DNA of 64,000 nucleotides, from positions 30 through 64,029 of the forward strand of contig JAYTOI010000037.1 in NCBI GenBank assembly GCA_043747875.1. Direction: 5' to 3'. This DNA is from Pseudomonadota bacterium (lineage in GTDB: Bacteria; Pseudomonadota; Gammaproteobacteria; Steroidobacterales; Steroidobacteraceae). A program made the translations under genes and the position numbers. The notes below the pieces were generated by a model, which ran no database searches, was not told the origin of the DNA, and saw only the letters and a list, made by a program, of their open reading frames with translations. Positions 34,197-43,711 of the stretch are shown piece by piece (within the stretch, counting starts at the first letter, position 1; each line of letters begins with the position of its first letter).

Positions 34197-36884
34197 ATGG
34201 ATGCGCCCAGTCCCACTCGAACCACCTGCCCGTACTGCGGCGTGGGTTGCGGTGTGCTGGCCACGGCGAGCGAGGACGGCGTCGAGGTGCGCGGCGATCC
34301 TGCGCATCCGGCGAACCGCGGCAAGCTGTGCGTGAAGGGCAGCGCGCTCGGCGAGACCGTCGGGCTCGAAGACCGCCTGTTGTTTCCCCAGATCCGCGGG
34401 CGGCGCGCGGAATGGGATACGGCCATCGCCACGGTCGCCGCAGGGTTCGAGCGCTGCATCGAGCAACATGGACCCGAGTCCGTGGCGTTCTACGTGTCGG
34501 GTCAGTTCCTGACCGAGGACTATTACGTCGCCAACAAGCTCGTGAAGGGTTACCTCGGCACGGCGAACATCGACACCAATTCGCGCCTGTGCATGGCCTC
34601 GGCAGTGGCCGGCTACAAACGCGCGTTCGGCGAGGACGTGGTGCCGGTCAGCTACGACGACCTCGACGTCGCAGACCTCATCGTGCTCGTGGGCTCGAAC
34701 ACCGCGTGGTGTCACCCCATCATCCTGCAGCGCATCTTGGCGGCGCGCGAGCAGCGGCCGCAGCTCAAGATCGTCGCGCTCGATCCGCGGCGAACCGCCA
34801 CCACCGAGCTCGCAGACCTGCACCTGGCGCTGGCGCCAGGCACCGACGTACATCTGTTCAACGGCTTGCTGGTGTGGCTGGCCGGGCTTGGCGCGGTAGA
34901 TAGCGGTTTCGTCGCGGCGCACACCAACGGATACGACGAAGCGCTGGCTGCCGCGCGCGTGGGCGGCGACCTGCCATCCACCGCGCGCGCCTGCGGGCTC
35001 GACGAGGCGCTGCTGCGGCAGTTCTACGAATGGTTCGCGGAGCACCCGGCCGTGATCACGGCGTTCTCGCAGGGCGTGAACCAGAGCTCGGCCGGCACGG
35101 ACAAGGTGAACGCGATCATCAATTGCCACCTGGCGACCGGGCGCATCGGCAAACCCGGCGCCGGTCCGTTCTCGGTGACCGGCCAGCCCAATGCGATGGG
35201 CGGGCGCGAAGTCGGCGGCTTCGCGAACACGCTGGCGGCGCACATCGACCTGAACGACGCAGCGGGCCGCGCGGCCGTGCGGCGCTTTTGGGACAGCCCC
35301 GCCATCGCCGACAAACAAGGTCCGAAAGCGGTCGAGATGTTCGACCGCATCCACGACGGCCGCATCAAGGCGGTGTGGATCATGGCAACGAATCCGGTGG
35401 TCAGCCTGCCCGATGCCGACAAAGTGCGAGCCGCGCTCGAGCGCTGCGAGTTCGTGGTGGTGTCGGACGTCATGGCCAACACCGATACTGCGGCGTTCGC
35501 ACACGTGTTGCTGCCCGCGCTGGCGTGGGGCGAGAAGGACGGCACCGTCACGAACTCCGAGCGCACCATCTCGCGCCAGCGACCGTTCCTGCCCGCCCCC
35601 GGCGAGACGCGCGCCGACTGGCGCATCGTCTGCGAGGTCGCGCGCGCAATGGGATTTTCCGGCTTCGACTTCGCCGGTGTCCACGAGGTGTTTCGCGAGC
35701 ACGTGCGCCTCACGGCGCACGAGAACGACGGCCGCCGCGCGCTGCACATCGGCGCATGGGCCGACATCAGCCGGGATGAGTATGAGGATTGGCAACCCGC
35801 CGCGTGGCCCATGAAGACCTCGCGCGAGAGCGCGCGCGGGCCGATGTTCGGCGACGGCCGCTATCAACACGCGGACGGACGCGCGCGCTTCGTGGCGCTG
35901 GCGCCGCGGCTGCCCGAGAACGCGACCTCGAGCGAAATGCCGCTGGTGCTCAACACCGGCCGCGTTCGCGATCACTGGCACACCATGACGCGCACCGGCA
36001 AGTCCGCGCGGCTGTCGGGACACACGGCGGAGCCATACGTCGACGTCAACAATGCCGATGCGCTGCGGTACGCGGTGCGCGCCGGCGAGTTGGCTACGCT
36101 GCGCTCGAGCTGGGGCTCGATGGTGGTGCGGGTGCACACCGGCGGCGAGGTGCCGGCCGGCATGGTGTTCGCGCCTATCCACTGGAATCGGGCGTTCGCC
36201 TCCGATGCGCGCGTCGGCGCGCTGACGAACCCGGTCGTCGATCCGATCTCGGGCGAGCCCGAGCTCAAGCACACGCCGGTGTCCATCGAGGCATATGCCG
36301 CCGACTGGTATGGAGTCATGCTGGCGCGCGCGCCGCCACCGCCGCCCGCGCTCGACTGGTGGACGAAGGTGCAGGGCGCGGAGTTCGTGCGCTATGAGCT
36401 CGCCGGGCGTGCGCCCGCCGACTGGACGCGGTTCGCGCGCACATTGTTAGGCGTGGGCGATGCCGAGGTGGATTGGATGGAATACGCGGATGCCGGCCGG
36501 CGCGTGTACCGCGCCGCCTACCTGGTCGACGACCGGCTGGAAGGCTGTGTGTATTTCGACGCGCGCCCGGCGCTGCCCGAGCGGGCGTGGCTGTCGCGGC
36601 TGTTCACGGTGGGCAAATTCAACGATGCGATGCGCGACGCGCTGCTGGCTGGCCGTGCCATCGAAGGCGCGGATCAGGGCGTGCCGGTGTGCTCATGCTT
36701 CGGCGTGGGCCGCAATCCGATCGTCGCGTGCGCGCGGCAGCTCGGCGCCGCCGCGACCGCGGTCGAGATCGGAATGCGCTTGAAATGCGGCACGAACTGC
36801 GGGTCCTGCGTGCCGGAGATCCAGCGGATCATCGCGGACGAGGCACGGGCACATGCGGGAGGGCTGGCGTCGACGAGTGGTTAG
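34197..36884 (+). CDS. nasA: Assimilatory nitrate reductase catalytic subunit (molybdopterin, C-terminal BFD-like 2Fe-2S)
   Basis: N-terminal CPYCGVGCG 4Fe-4S motif, MopB core, C-terminal CSCFGVG...CGTNCGSC. Confidence 0.9.
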   Translation: MDAPSPTRTTCPYCGVGCGVLATASEDGVEVRGDPAHPANRGKLCVKGSALGETVGLEDRLLFPQIRGRRAEWDTAIATVAAGFERCIEQHGPESVAFYVSGQFLTEDYYVANKLVKGYLGTANIDTNSRLCMASAVAGYKRAFGEDVVPVSYDDLDVADLIVLVGSNTAWCHPIILQRILAAREQRPQLKIVALDPRRTATTELADLHLALAPGTDVHLFNGLLVWLAGLGAVDSGFVAAHTNGYDEALAAARVGGDLPSTARACGLDEALLRQFYEWFAEHPAVITAFSQGVNQSSAGTDKVNAIINCHLATGRIGKPGAGPFSVTGQPNAMGGREVGGFANTLAAHIDLNDAAGRAAVRRFWDSPAIADKQGPKAVEMFDRIHDGRIKAVWIMATNPVVSLPDADKVRAALERCEFVVVSDVMANTDTAAFAHVLLPALAWGEKDGTVTNSERTISRQRPFLPAPGETRADWRIVCEVARAMGFSGFDFAGVHEVFREHVRLTAHENDGRRALHIGAWADISRDEYEDWQPAAWPMKTSRESARGPMFGDGRYQHADGRARFVALAPRLPENATSSEMPLVLNTGRVRDHWHTMTRTGKSARLSGHTAEPYVDVNNADALRYAVRAGELATLRSSWGSMVVRVHTGGEVPAGMVFAPIHWNRAFASDARVGALTNPVVDPISGEPELKHTPVSIEAYAADWYGVMLARAPPPPPALDWWTKVQGAEFVRYELAGRAPADWTRFARTLLGVGDAEVDWMEYADAGRRVYRAAYLVDDRLEGCVYFDARPALPERAWLSRLFTVGKFNDAMRDALLAGRAIEGADQGVPVCSCFGVGRNPIVACARQLGAAATAVEIGMRLKCGTNCGSCVPEIQRIIADEARAHAGGLASTSG

Positions 36885-37132
36885 TCGAGCCGATCGAGTG
36901 GGCGGCGTGTGCCGAGGCCGTGACGATCGAGCAACGCGTGGCAGGGGGCGGCGCGCCTTGCCGCCCTGCGCACCGCGTCGCGCACCACCCGCTGTACCGA
37001 TTGTCGTGGAGATGGTGTCGCCGCCACGCTCCCGTTCGCGGAGTAGTTCGACGGGAGTGCAGGCTTGTCATTCATGCAGTTTGTGCTGAAATGCGACGTC
37101 GTTGGGACGTCAAATTGAGAATTAGACGCGAT

Positions 37133-37426
37133 ATGTCAGCACGGATCGCCGCCCGTTTTGCTGCTTGCCTGGTGTTCTCCCTGGGTGGCGCCGGCTGTGC
37201 ACGAGAGCCGCTCGCTCCAACCTTGACCCTCGGCACCGTCGGCCAGCTCAGCTCCAAAAACACCGCAAGCCTTGCGTACCAGGACGACGCTGGCAGCGTT
37301 TTCGTCACTGTGGTCGACAAACATGGCGATGCGCGCGTACACAGGCTGGATTTTACAGGCGCAACCAAAGGGCAGGCCCTCGAGTTGCTGATGCGCAAAC
37401 AAGCCGAATTGGAGCAGCGCCGGTAG
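37133..37426 (+). CDS. Small lipoprotein carried on a satellite integron cassette
   Basis: Lipobox FSLGGAGC. The ORF ends 4 nt before an intact attC. Confidence 0.6.
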   Translation: MSARIAARFAACLVFSLGGAGCAREPLAPTLTLGTVGQLSSKNTASLAYQDDAGSVFVTVVDKHGDARVHRLDFTGATKGQALELLMRKQAELEQRR

Positions 37427-37430
37427 CACG

Positions 37431-37518
37431 GCCTAACAAACCACTGGGGCGAAGCGTGGGCGATCATGTGCCAAGCCCAAGCCACCGCAGCCGCGGCGCT
37501 GAGCTCAACCGTCAGACG
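37431..37518 (+). repeat. Satellite attC site ~25 kb from the array
   Basis: gcctaacaaaccactggggcgaagcgtgggcgatcatgtgccaagcccaagcc...ggcgctgagctcaaccgtcagac is full length and collinear with the array consensus. Confidence 0.8.
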
Positions 37519-37672
37519 GCAATGGACGGCAACGCTCTTATCGTCACCGGCATCGCCGTAGCGGAGCTCAAACGCCTGCGCGCGGTGCTCGGCTCAACCG
37601 TTTGGGTATCGGTCGAGCCGCACCTGGTTCGACACTGCCTTGAACTTCGCTGCCGCCCTCACCCCGTGGTGC

Positions 37673-38044
37673 ATGACGACCGCAACGGGTGCAAGGGTTG
37701 GCATTGCCGTGGCGATCGTCGCGGTTCTGGCGATGCTGTCCTCGATGGCGCTGTTTGGATGCCTCGAGGTCAAAGCCGATTCGACCGAAGCCATCGAGGT
37801 CTTTCGCTCGCTCATTTTTCCCGATACCCCGAGCGGCGAAGCTTCCTTCCGCCCACCATCGCTCTTTTCCGACTCGCACGTGCTGCTCGAATGGGCGGCG
37901 GCCAATGGCGCCACCTCATTGGCGTGCCTCACGATCGCAATACGCAGAGGCGCGACTGTTCCGGATTCGCGCAGCGGCGCCGTCACCGTGGTCACCTCTT
38001 TGTTGTCATTGGCGTCGTTGGTCGTGTTGGGCCCAATCTGCTAG
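37673..38044 (+). CDS. Small membrane protein (second satellite cassette ORF)
   Basis: Strong GC third-position bias in this frame; TM helices at both ends; start could be TTG 37640. Confidence 0.5.
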   Translation: MTTATGARVGIAVAIVAVLAMLSSMALFGCLEVKADSTEAIEVFRSLIFPDTPSGEASFRPPSLFSDSHVLLEWAAANGATSLACLTIAIRRGATVPDSRSGAVTVVTSLLSLASLVVLGPIC

Positions 38045-38149
38045 GTGTTTGACGCGGCGTTTGGGTGAGGGTCGCCGGATGTGGCGTGACGACCCGCAGA
38101 CGTACCTAGCCGGTTCACATGGGCGCGCGACGCTCGGTTCATTGCCGGC
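38038..38149 (+). repeat. Decayed attC-like element after the second satellite cassette
   Basis: Ordered matches to the consensus: gtgaggg, cagacgt, gcgcgcgacgctcggttcattgcc (versus gcgcgcgccgctcagctcaaccgtt). Confidence 0.4.
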
Positions 38150-38316
38150 AACCTGTTCTACTGCTGGCGCATCGCGGTGCTGATCACCGATATTCGGGAG
38201 TGTCCAGGAGGGTCGGCGCGAGTACGGTGCCGGGACTGCCGGACGCGCGCCCTGGCAGCCTGACGACTCGCCGAGCAGGAGCGCGGAGCTCTGGTATTGT
38301 TCGTCGCATCGCAAGG

Positions 38317-39204
38317 ATGGGGGTCCCCGTGATCAGACGAACGATGTATGCGGCGCTCGCCGCGTGGGTGTTCTGCGCGCAGGTTGTCTTCGGTGCCCAG
38401 CCGGTGGGCGCCGATCCGCCGCTCGTGAAGCTCTGGCCGGCCGGGGTGCCGGGTGTCATGGCCAACGGCGGCGCGGAGTCGGTGCGGATCGGCGAGCAGG
38501 GCGACCATGTGGTCACCAACGTGCACGATCCGTCGCTGACCCACTATCTACCCGGCGCAAAGGGCGGCGGTGCGGCGGTCATCGTAATTCCAGGCGGCGG
38601 GCATCGCGAGCTGTGGACCGATCACGAGGGCCACGACGTGGCGAGATTTCTCGCCCAGCGCGGCATCGTCGCGTTCGTGCTCAAGTACCGCCTCGCGCGT
38701 GCGGCGAACTCCACGTACACCATCGAGCGCGATGGGCTGAACGACATCAAGCGCGCCATCCGCACGGTGCGGGCGCGAGCCGCGGAGTGGAACGTGGATC
38801 CGAAGAAAGTGGGTGTCATGGGTTTCTCCGCGGGCGGACAGCTCGCGCTGCTCAGCGCGACGCAGTTCGACGCCGGCGACGCGGCCGCGACGGACCCCGT
38901 GGACCGCCAGGGCGCGCGCCCGGATTTCGCCGCGCTGGTGTATCCCGGCACATGGCCGGATCCCAAGATCACCGCCGAAACGCCGCCGATGTTCCTGCTG
39001 TGCGGCAGCGACGACCGGCCGCAGGTGCTGGCCGGCATGACGCAGATCTATCACGCGCTGCGCGAGGCGAAGGTGCCCGCGGAGCTGCACTTCTACGACG
39101 GCGTGCAGCATGGCTTCGGCATCCGCGCGACCAATACCGGGCCCGTCACGCGCTGGCCGACCCAGTTGGTCGAATGGATGCAGGCGCGGAAGATCGTGCC
39201 GTGA
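38317..39204 (+). CDS. Secreted alpha/beta-hydrolase (esterase/lipase family)
   Basis: Signal peptide, HGGG-like IPGGGH, GFSAGG nucleophile elbow, C-terminal DD...H. Confidence 0.75.
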   Translation: MGVPVIRRTMYAALAAWVFCAQVVFGAQPVGADPPLVKLWPAGVPGVMANGGAESVRIGEQGDHVVTNVHDPSLTHYLPGAKGGGAAVIVIPGGGHRELWTDHEGHDVARFLAQRGIVAFVLKYRLARAANSTYTIERDGLNDIKRAIRTVRARAAEWNVDPKKVGVMGFSAGGQLALLSATQFDAGDAAATDPVDRQGARPDFAALVYPGTWPDPKITAETPPMFLLCGSDDRPQVLAGMTQIYHALREAKVPAELHFYDGVQHGFGIRATNTGPVTRWPTQLVEWMQARKIVP

Positions 39205-39249
39205 GGCGACCCGTAGCCCGGCCGTAACGATTCTCTCGAGGGGAAAACA

Positions 39250-41244
39250 GTGAACAAACTACTCATCGCGGCCCTGGCCGCATTGGCCGCCGCACCTGCC
39301 CTGTCGCAGGAGGCGCGCTCACCGCTGAGCTCGCCCGACGGCAAGATCACCGTGGGCTTCGGTCATAACGGCGAACAGCAGCTTACGTATTCCATCGAGC
39401 GCAACGGCGAAAGAATCGTCACGCCGTCGGCATTGCGCGTCACGCTGGCGGAGGGCGATCTCGCGGCCGTGGAGATCCAGCAGACAAATCTGCGTTCCGT
39501 ACGACAGGTGCGCAAGCTCGTCGCGACGAAGGCCGCCGAAGCCGCGGACAACTTCAACGAGCTCACGATCACCGTGCGGCCGTTGGCGCGCACGCTGCGC
39601 GCGTATCAGTGGATCTTCCGTGCCTACAACGACGGCGTGGCGTTCAGGTACGTGGTGCCGAACGATGCGGGCATCAGGACGCTGGCGGTGCGCAACGAAG
39701 AATCCCAGTTCTTGTTCGGCGGCGACTATGCCTGCCACGGTTTCAATGTGTGGCGCGTCGACACCAGTCACGAAGGCGAATTCGACCCGGTACGGGCGCA
39801 GTACATCCGCGAGCACACCAACTACGACCTGCCGCTGGTGTGCCGCACGGGCACGAGCGCGTTCGCCATCGCCGAGGCGAATGTCGCCGACTACGGCGGC
39901 ATGTATCTCGGCGGGCAGGGCAGCGGCTACCCGGGTGTCGTTTCGCGCGTCGCGCGCAGGCTCGACGACAAGGCGCTGATCGCGCGCGTCGATATCGGGC
40001 CGAACGGCGCGGGCTCGCCGTGGCGCGTCGTGATGCTCGGCGACAGGCTCGGTTCACTGATCGACTCGAATCTCATCGGCAATCTCAACCCCGACCCGTC
40101 GTTCGATACTTCGTGGATCAAGGCCGGCAAGACGGCATGGGACTGGTGGTCCGGGCCCTATCTACCGCCGCCCGACAAGGGCGGCACCGACATGCCGACC
40201 ATCCGGCGCTACATCGATTTCGCCGGCAAATCCGGGTTCGAATACATGATGATCGACGAGGGCTGGTGCCTGAACTCGGGCGGCGCCGGACTCGCCCGGC
40301 CCGATGCGGACGTGACGAAGGCCAAGCCCGAGATCGACATGCCGGCGCTGGTGGCCTATGGCGCCGAGCGCAAGGTGGGCATCTGGCTGTGGGTGCAGTG
40401 GTCGCTGCTCGACCGGCAGATGGATGCCGCGCTGGCGCAGTACCGCAAATGGGGCATCAAGGGCATCAAGGTCGACTTCATGGATCGCAGCGATCAGCAG
40501 ATGGTCGACTACTTCCACAAACTCATGAAGAAGGCGGCCGGGCACCAGCTCATGGTCGACATGCACGGCGCCTATCCACCCGCCGGCCTCAACCGCACCT
40601 GGCCAAACTACCTGACGCAGGAAGGCATCATGGGCGCGGAGTACAACAAGTGGAGCCGGCGCGTCACGGCGACGCACAACGTGAGCCTCGCCTACACGCG
40701 CATGCTGCTGGGCCCCATGGACTACACGCCGGGTGGCTTCCGCAACAGGACGCCGGAAACTTTCGAAGTGGTGAACAGCCCGCCGCAGGTGCAGACGACG
40801 CGGGGCCATGGCCTCGCGATGTTCGTGGTCTACGAGAGCCCGTTCCAGATGGTCGCGGATTCGCCGGACGTCTACGAGAACGCGGCCGGCTTCGACTTCG
40901 TGAAGATGGTGCCGACCACCTGGGACGAGACCCGTTTCCTGCAGGGCGACATCGACGAGCACGTGGTCGTCGCGCGCCGCAAGGGCGGTGACTGGTACAT
41001 CGGCGCGATGAACACGGAGAAGGCGCGCACCATCAAGTTGCCGCTGGCGCTCCTCGGTGCTGGAAAATTCAAGGCGAAGATCTGGCAGGACGGCGCGGCG
41101 CCGACGGAGGTGAACGTCACCGAGCGCGAGGTGGGCGCGGGCGATTCGATCGAGCTGAAGCTGGCGCCATCGGGCGGCGCGGCGGTGCTGCTGGCGGGCC
41201 CGAAGCGCGCGCCGTCACAAACTTCCGCGCGCGTGACGCAATAG
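39250..41244 (+). CDS. Glycoside hydrolase family 97 (alpha-glucosidase/alpha-galactosidase type)
   Basis: SSPDGKITV N-terminal domain, MMIDEGW, GIKGIKVDFMDRSDQQMV, HGAYPPAGLNRTWPNYLTQEGIMGAEYNKW. Confidence 0.8.
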   Translation: MNKLLIAALAALAAAPALSQEARSPLSSPDGKITVGFGHNGEQQLTYSIERNGERIVTPSALRVTLAEGDLAAVEIQQTNLRSVRQVRKLVATKAAEAADNFNELTITVRPLARTLRAYQWIFRAYNDGVAFRYVVPNDAGIRTLAVRNEESQFLFGGDYACHGFNVWRVDTSHEGEFDPVRAQYIREHTNYDLPLVCRTGTSAFAIAEANVADYGGMYLGGQGSGYPGVVSRVARRLDDKALIARVDIGPNGAGSPWRVVMLGDRLGSLIDSNLIGNLNPDPSFDTSWIKAGKTAWDWWSGPYLPPPDKGGTDMPTIRRYIDFAGKSGFEYMMIDEGWCLNSGGAGLARPDADVTKAKPEIDMPALVAYGAERKVGIWLWVQWSLLDRQMDAALAQYRKWGIKGIKVDFMDRSDQQMVDYFHKLMKKAAGHQLMVDMHGAYPPAGLNRTWPNYLTQEGIMGAEYNKWSRRVTATHNVSLAYTRMLLGPMDYTPGGFRNRTPETFEVVNSPPQVQTTRGHGLAMFVVYESPFQMVADSPDVYENAAGFDFVKMVPTTWDETRFLQGDIDEHVVVARRKGGDWYIGAMNTEKARTIKLPLALLGAGKFKAKIWQDGAAPTEVNVTEREVGAGDSIELKLAPSGGAAVLLAGPKRAPSQTSARVTQ

Positions 41245-41439
41245 CATCGTGTCGTGGTGGTTCGTCCTCGCGGCTGGCGCGGTAATCCGTGGCGTCGATG
41301 TACCTCGGCCCTCGGCCATCCGTGCGGAGTTGCAACGGATCCTGGCGAGCAGGACGCCCGCACCGATCGCGCGGTGAGTGGCCCACCCGACTTCGAGCTC
41401 GATCGTCGCCGCCAACGTCTACTCTGCCGAACGATGTTT

Positions 41440-41862
41440 GCGCGTCCATCTCGATCAGCAGATCCTCAACCAGCCGATGTCGCCCAATTCCGATGCCTAT
41501 CTACGACCCGATGCGTCGTCCGCATACACGCGCGATGCATACCGCGCGTGCATCGCAAAGCTGTTGGGCAAAGCGGGGATAGACGATGCCGCACGGCGAG
41601 CGCAGCGGGTCGTGGTGCTGGAAACGCGGATCGCCGGCGCGCGGCGCGGGCGACGAATCGGATATCGTGCTCGGCACCGACACCGCGATGCAGCGCCAGG
41701 CCATCCTGTTCGCAAGCCACGTGATCGGGTACCACGCGCCGACCCGGTTTCAAGTCAACAGAGTCGTCCAGAACATCGACGAGTGGTATGCGGCCATCGG
41801 TGCGGGGCCCGAAGAGACGCTGTATGTGCCGCCGGAAAATCGCGTGCGCATCTCGTGGGGGC
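41440..41862 (+). pseudogene. Remnant of an M13 (PepO/neprilysin-like) metallopeptidase gene
   Basis: Two fragments lie in different frames. DAYRACIAKLLGKAGIDDAARRAQRVVVLETRIAGA is mid-N-terminal-like. HAPTRFQVNRVVQNIDEWYAAIGAGPEETLYVPPENRVRISW is extreme-C-terminal-like. The catalytic HExxH region is absent. Confidence 0.55.
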
Positions 41863-42264
41863 GGCGTGCTGTGCCGTCTACTTTTCGCACTACCTACCTG
41901 TCGGAGTACGGAAACTTCGGCTTTAGCTCGCGTCACCCCCGACGAGCAGTTAGGGCGGACAGCGCAGCAGCTCGCGGACTTCGTCGACTATCTGAAGATG
42001 GCCTGATGACTTTCGCCTGACGTCGGGCGTGATATGTCCTCCCAGGCTCAATTCCCGAGGAGGTATTCCCGATACTTCGCCGCACGCATCGATTCGTCGA
42101 GCGCAATGATACGGACACTGCTGCACGGCGGCGGTTCGCGGGTGTGACGCGCGTCTCGCCAAGGCGCGATCGAGTTCGCCGAGCCGCTGACAGTTAGCCG
42201 ATTTCTTGAAGTTTCCGCCAACGCTGCCGCTACGCTCAGATCGATATGATGTCAGGCGTATGCG

Positions 42265-43491
42265 GTGAGCACGAAATTCGAGGCACATGGTCCATCGACC
42301 GACGGCACGGAACGACGTGAGCTCGTGGAAGCACTTGCGCACGAACGCAACGTGCTGCGAACGATGATCGACCTGATTCCGGCGTTCATCTACGCGAAAG
42401 ACGTGAGGAGTCGCTTCACCGCCTGTAATGAGTTGGTCGCGAATCGCATGGGCACCACGCCCGCGCAACTCGTCGGCAAGACGGACTTTGATTTTCATTC
42501 GCGCGAACAGGCCGAACGATTTTTTGCCGATGAGCAGGCCCTGCTCGTCTCCGGCATCGCGCTCATCGATCACGAAGAGGTCTCTTTCGACGCGACCCGC
42601 GGCGAAAACCGCGTCATCCTCACATCTAAAGTGCCGCTGCGCGACGCTGCCGGCAACTTTACCGGCTTGGTAGGCACCGGCGTCGATATCACCGAGCGAA
42701 AGGCTGCCGAGGAACGAATGGCGGCGGGCGCACATCTCGAGTCCATCGGCCGGCTCGCCGCGGGTGTCGCGCATGAAATCAACACGCCGATTCAGTATTT
42801 GAAGGACAGCGTGTCGTTCTTGCGCGAAGGGCTGCAGGAGTTACTCGAGGCATTCGACGGGCTGCGCGCTTCGATGCCCGACCCTCCGGCGCCGGATGAA
42901 AACGTGGAGGAACTGCGTTGCGAAATGCCACCGGCGCTGGAGCGTATGGCCGAAGGACTGAACCGGATTGCCGAGATCGTGCGCTTCATGAAAGAGTTTT
43001 CATATGCCGATAAACGTGAGATGGGGCCGGTCGACCTCAACCGCGCGGTCAACAGCACGCTGGTTGTTGCCCGCAGCGAATACAAAATGGTCGCCGATGT
43101 GGAAACTGACTTCGGCGAGCTTCCGCCGGTGATTTGCCACGGTGGGCAGGTGAACCAAGTGATACTCAACATCGTGGTGAACGCGGCGCACGCGATCGAA
43201 GACGTGGTCCGTGGTACGGCTCAGCGCGGCATGATCAAGGTCTGCACTCGCGTCGAAGAAGGGCATGCTGTCATCGAGATCAGTGATACCGGTAAGGGAA
43301 TCCCCGAGGAGGTGCGTCCTCGAATATTCGATCCGTTCTTTACGACGAAAGCCGTGGGACGCGGCTCGGGGCAGGGGCTATCGATCGTCCACGACGTCAT
43401 CGTTAAAGGGCACAAAGGCCAGATCGAGTTCGACACCGATTTGGGTCGCGGAACGACGTTCCGTGTGCGTCTGCCCCTAACAGTCCGGTAA
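42265..43491 (+). CDS. Cytoplasmic PAS-domain sensor histidine kinase (no adjacent response regulator)
   Basis: PAS (IPAFIYAKD...FTACN...DITERK), H-box AAGVAHEINTP, N/G1/G2 boxes of HATPase_c. Confidence 0.85.
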   Translation: MSTKFEAHGPSTDGTERRELVEALAHERNVLRTMIDLIPAFIYAKDVRSRFTACNELVANRMGTTPAQLVGKTDFDFHSREQAERFFADEQALLVSGIALIDHEEVSFDATRGENRVILTSKVPLRDAAGNFTGLVGTGVDITERKAAEERMAAGAHLESIGRLAAGVAHEINTPIQYLKDSVSFLREGLQELLEAFDGLRASMPDPPAPDENVEELRCEMPPALERMAEGLNRIAEIVRFMKEFSYADKREMGPVDLNRAVNSTLVVARSEYKMVADVETDFGELPPVICHGGQVNQVILNIVVNAAHAIEDVVRGTAQRGMIKVCTRVEEGHAVIEISDTGKGIPEEVRPRIFDPFFTTKAVGRGSGQGLSIVHDVIVKGHKGQIEFDTDLGRGTTFRVRLPLTVR

Positions 43492-43711
43492 GCCTATAGT
43501 TAGTCGCCAAACCACTGTGGACTGTCCGGTATGCGACATGAAACACATTTTCTCTGATCCGACAGCGCTAACTTTGCCCGTCATGGAACATATGTTTCAT
43601 CGGTTGCCGAGACGGAAACGGCATTCCAAGGTGTGAGTGGTTTAAATCGAATCTTGCGCGCACGAGACTTTATCAATGTCGCGTGCCGTGACGGAATTAA
43701 TGGGAGGCATC

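Noticed and set aside
36473-37426. A 317-aa ORF spans the nasA 3' end to the satellite cassette.
   Set aside because: Its first two-thirds is an alternate frame of nasA plus an Arg/Gly-rich non-coding-looking stretch. Only the last 97 codons, from ATG 37133 with a lipobox, look like a real gene.
41950-42774. A 274-aa minus-strand ORF opposite the histidine kinase N-terminus and upstream region.
   Set aside because: It overlaps a kinase gene with clear PAS/HisKA motifs, and I recognise no family for it. It is a shadow ORF.
43476-43503. cctaac-N17-gttag inverted repeat right after the histidine kinase stop.
   Set aside because: At 28 nt it is far shorter than any functional attC, it has no similarity to the array consensus beyond the 5-6-nt cores, and such a match is expected by chance.
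43538-43600. 8-bp inverted repeat atgaaaca ... tgtttcat in the A/T-richer region upstream of the TonB-dependent receptor. I also considered a cobalamin riboswitch.
   Set aside because: The arms are 47 nt apart and short. I could not find the conserved cobalamin riboswitch core elements. It may be a regulator site, but the sequence alone does not support that.
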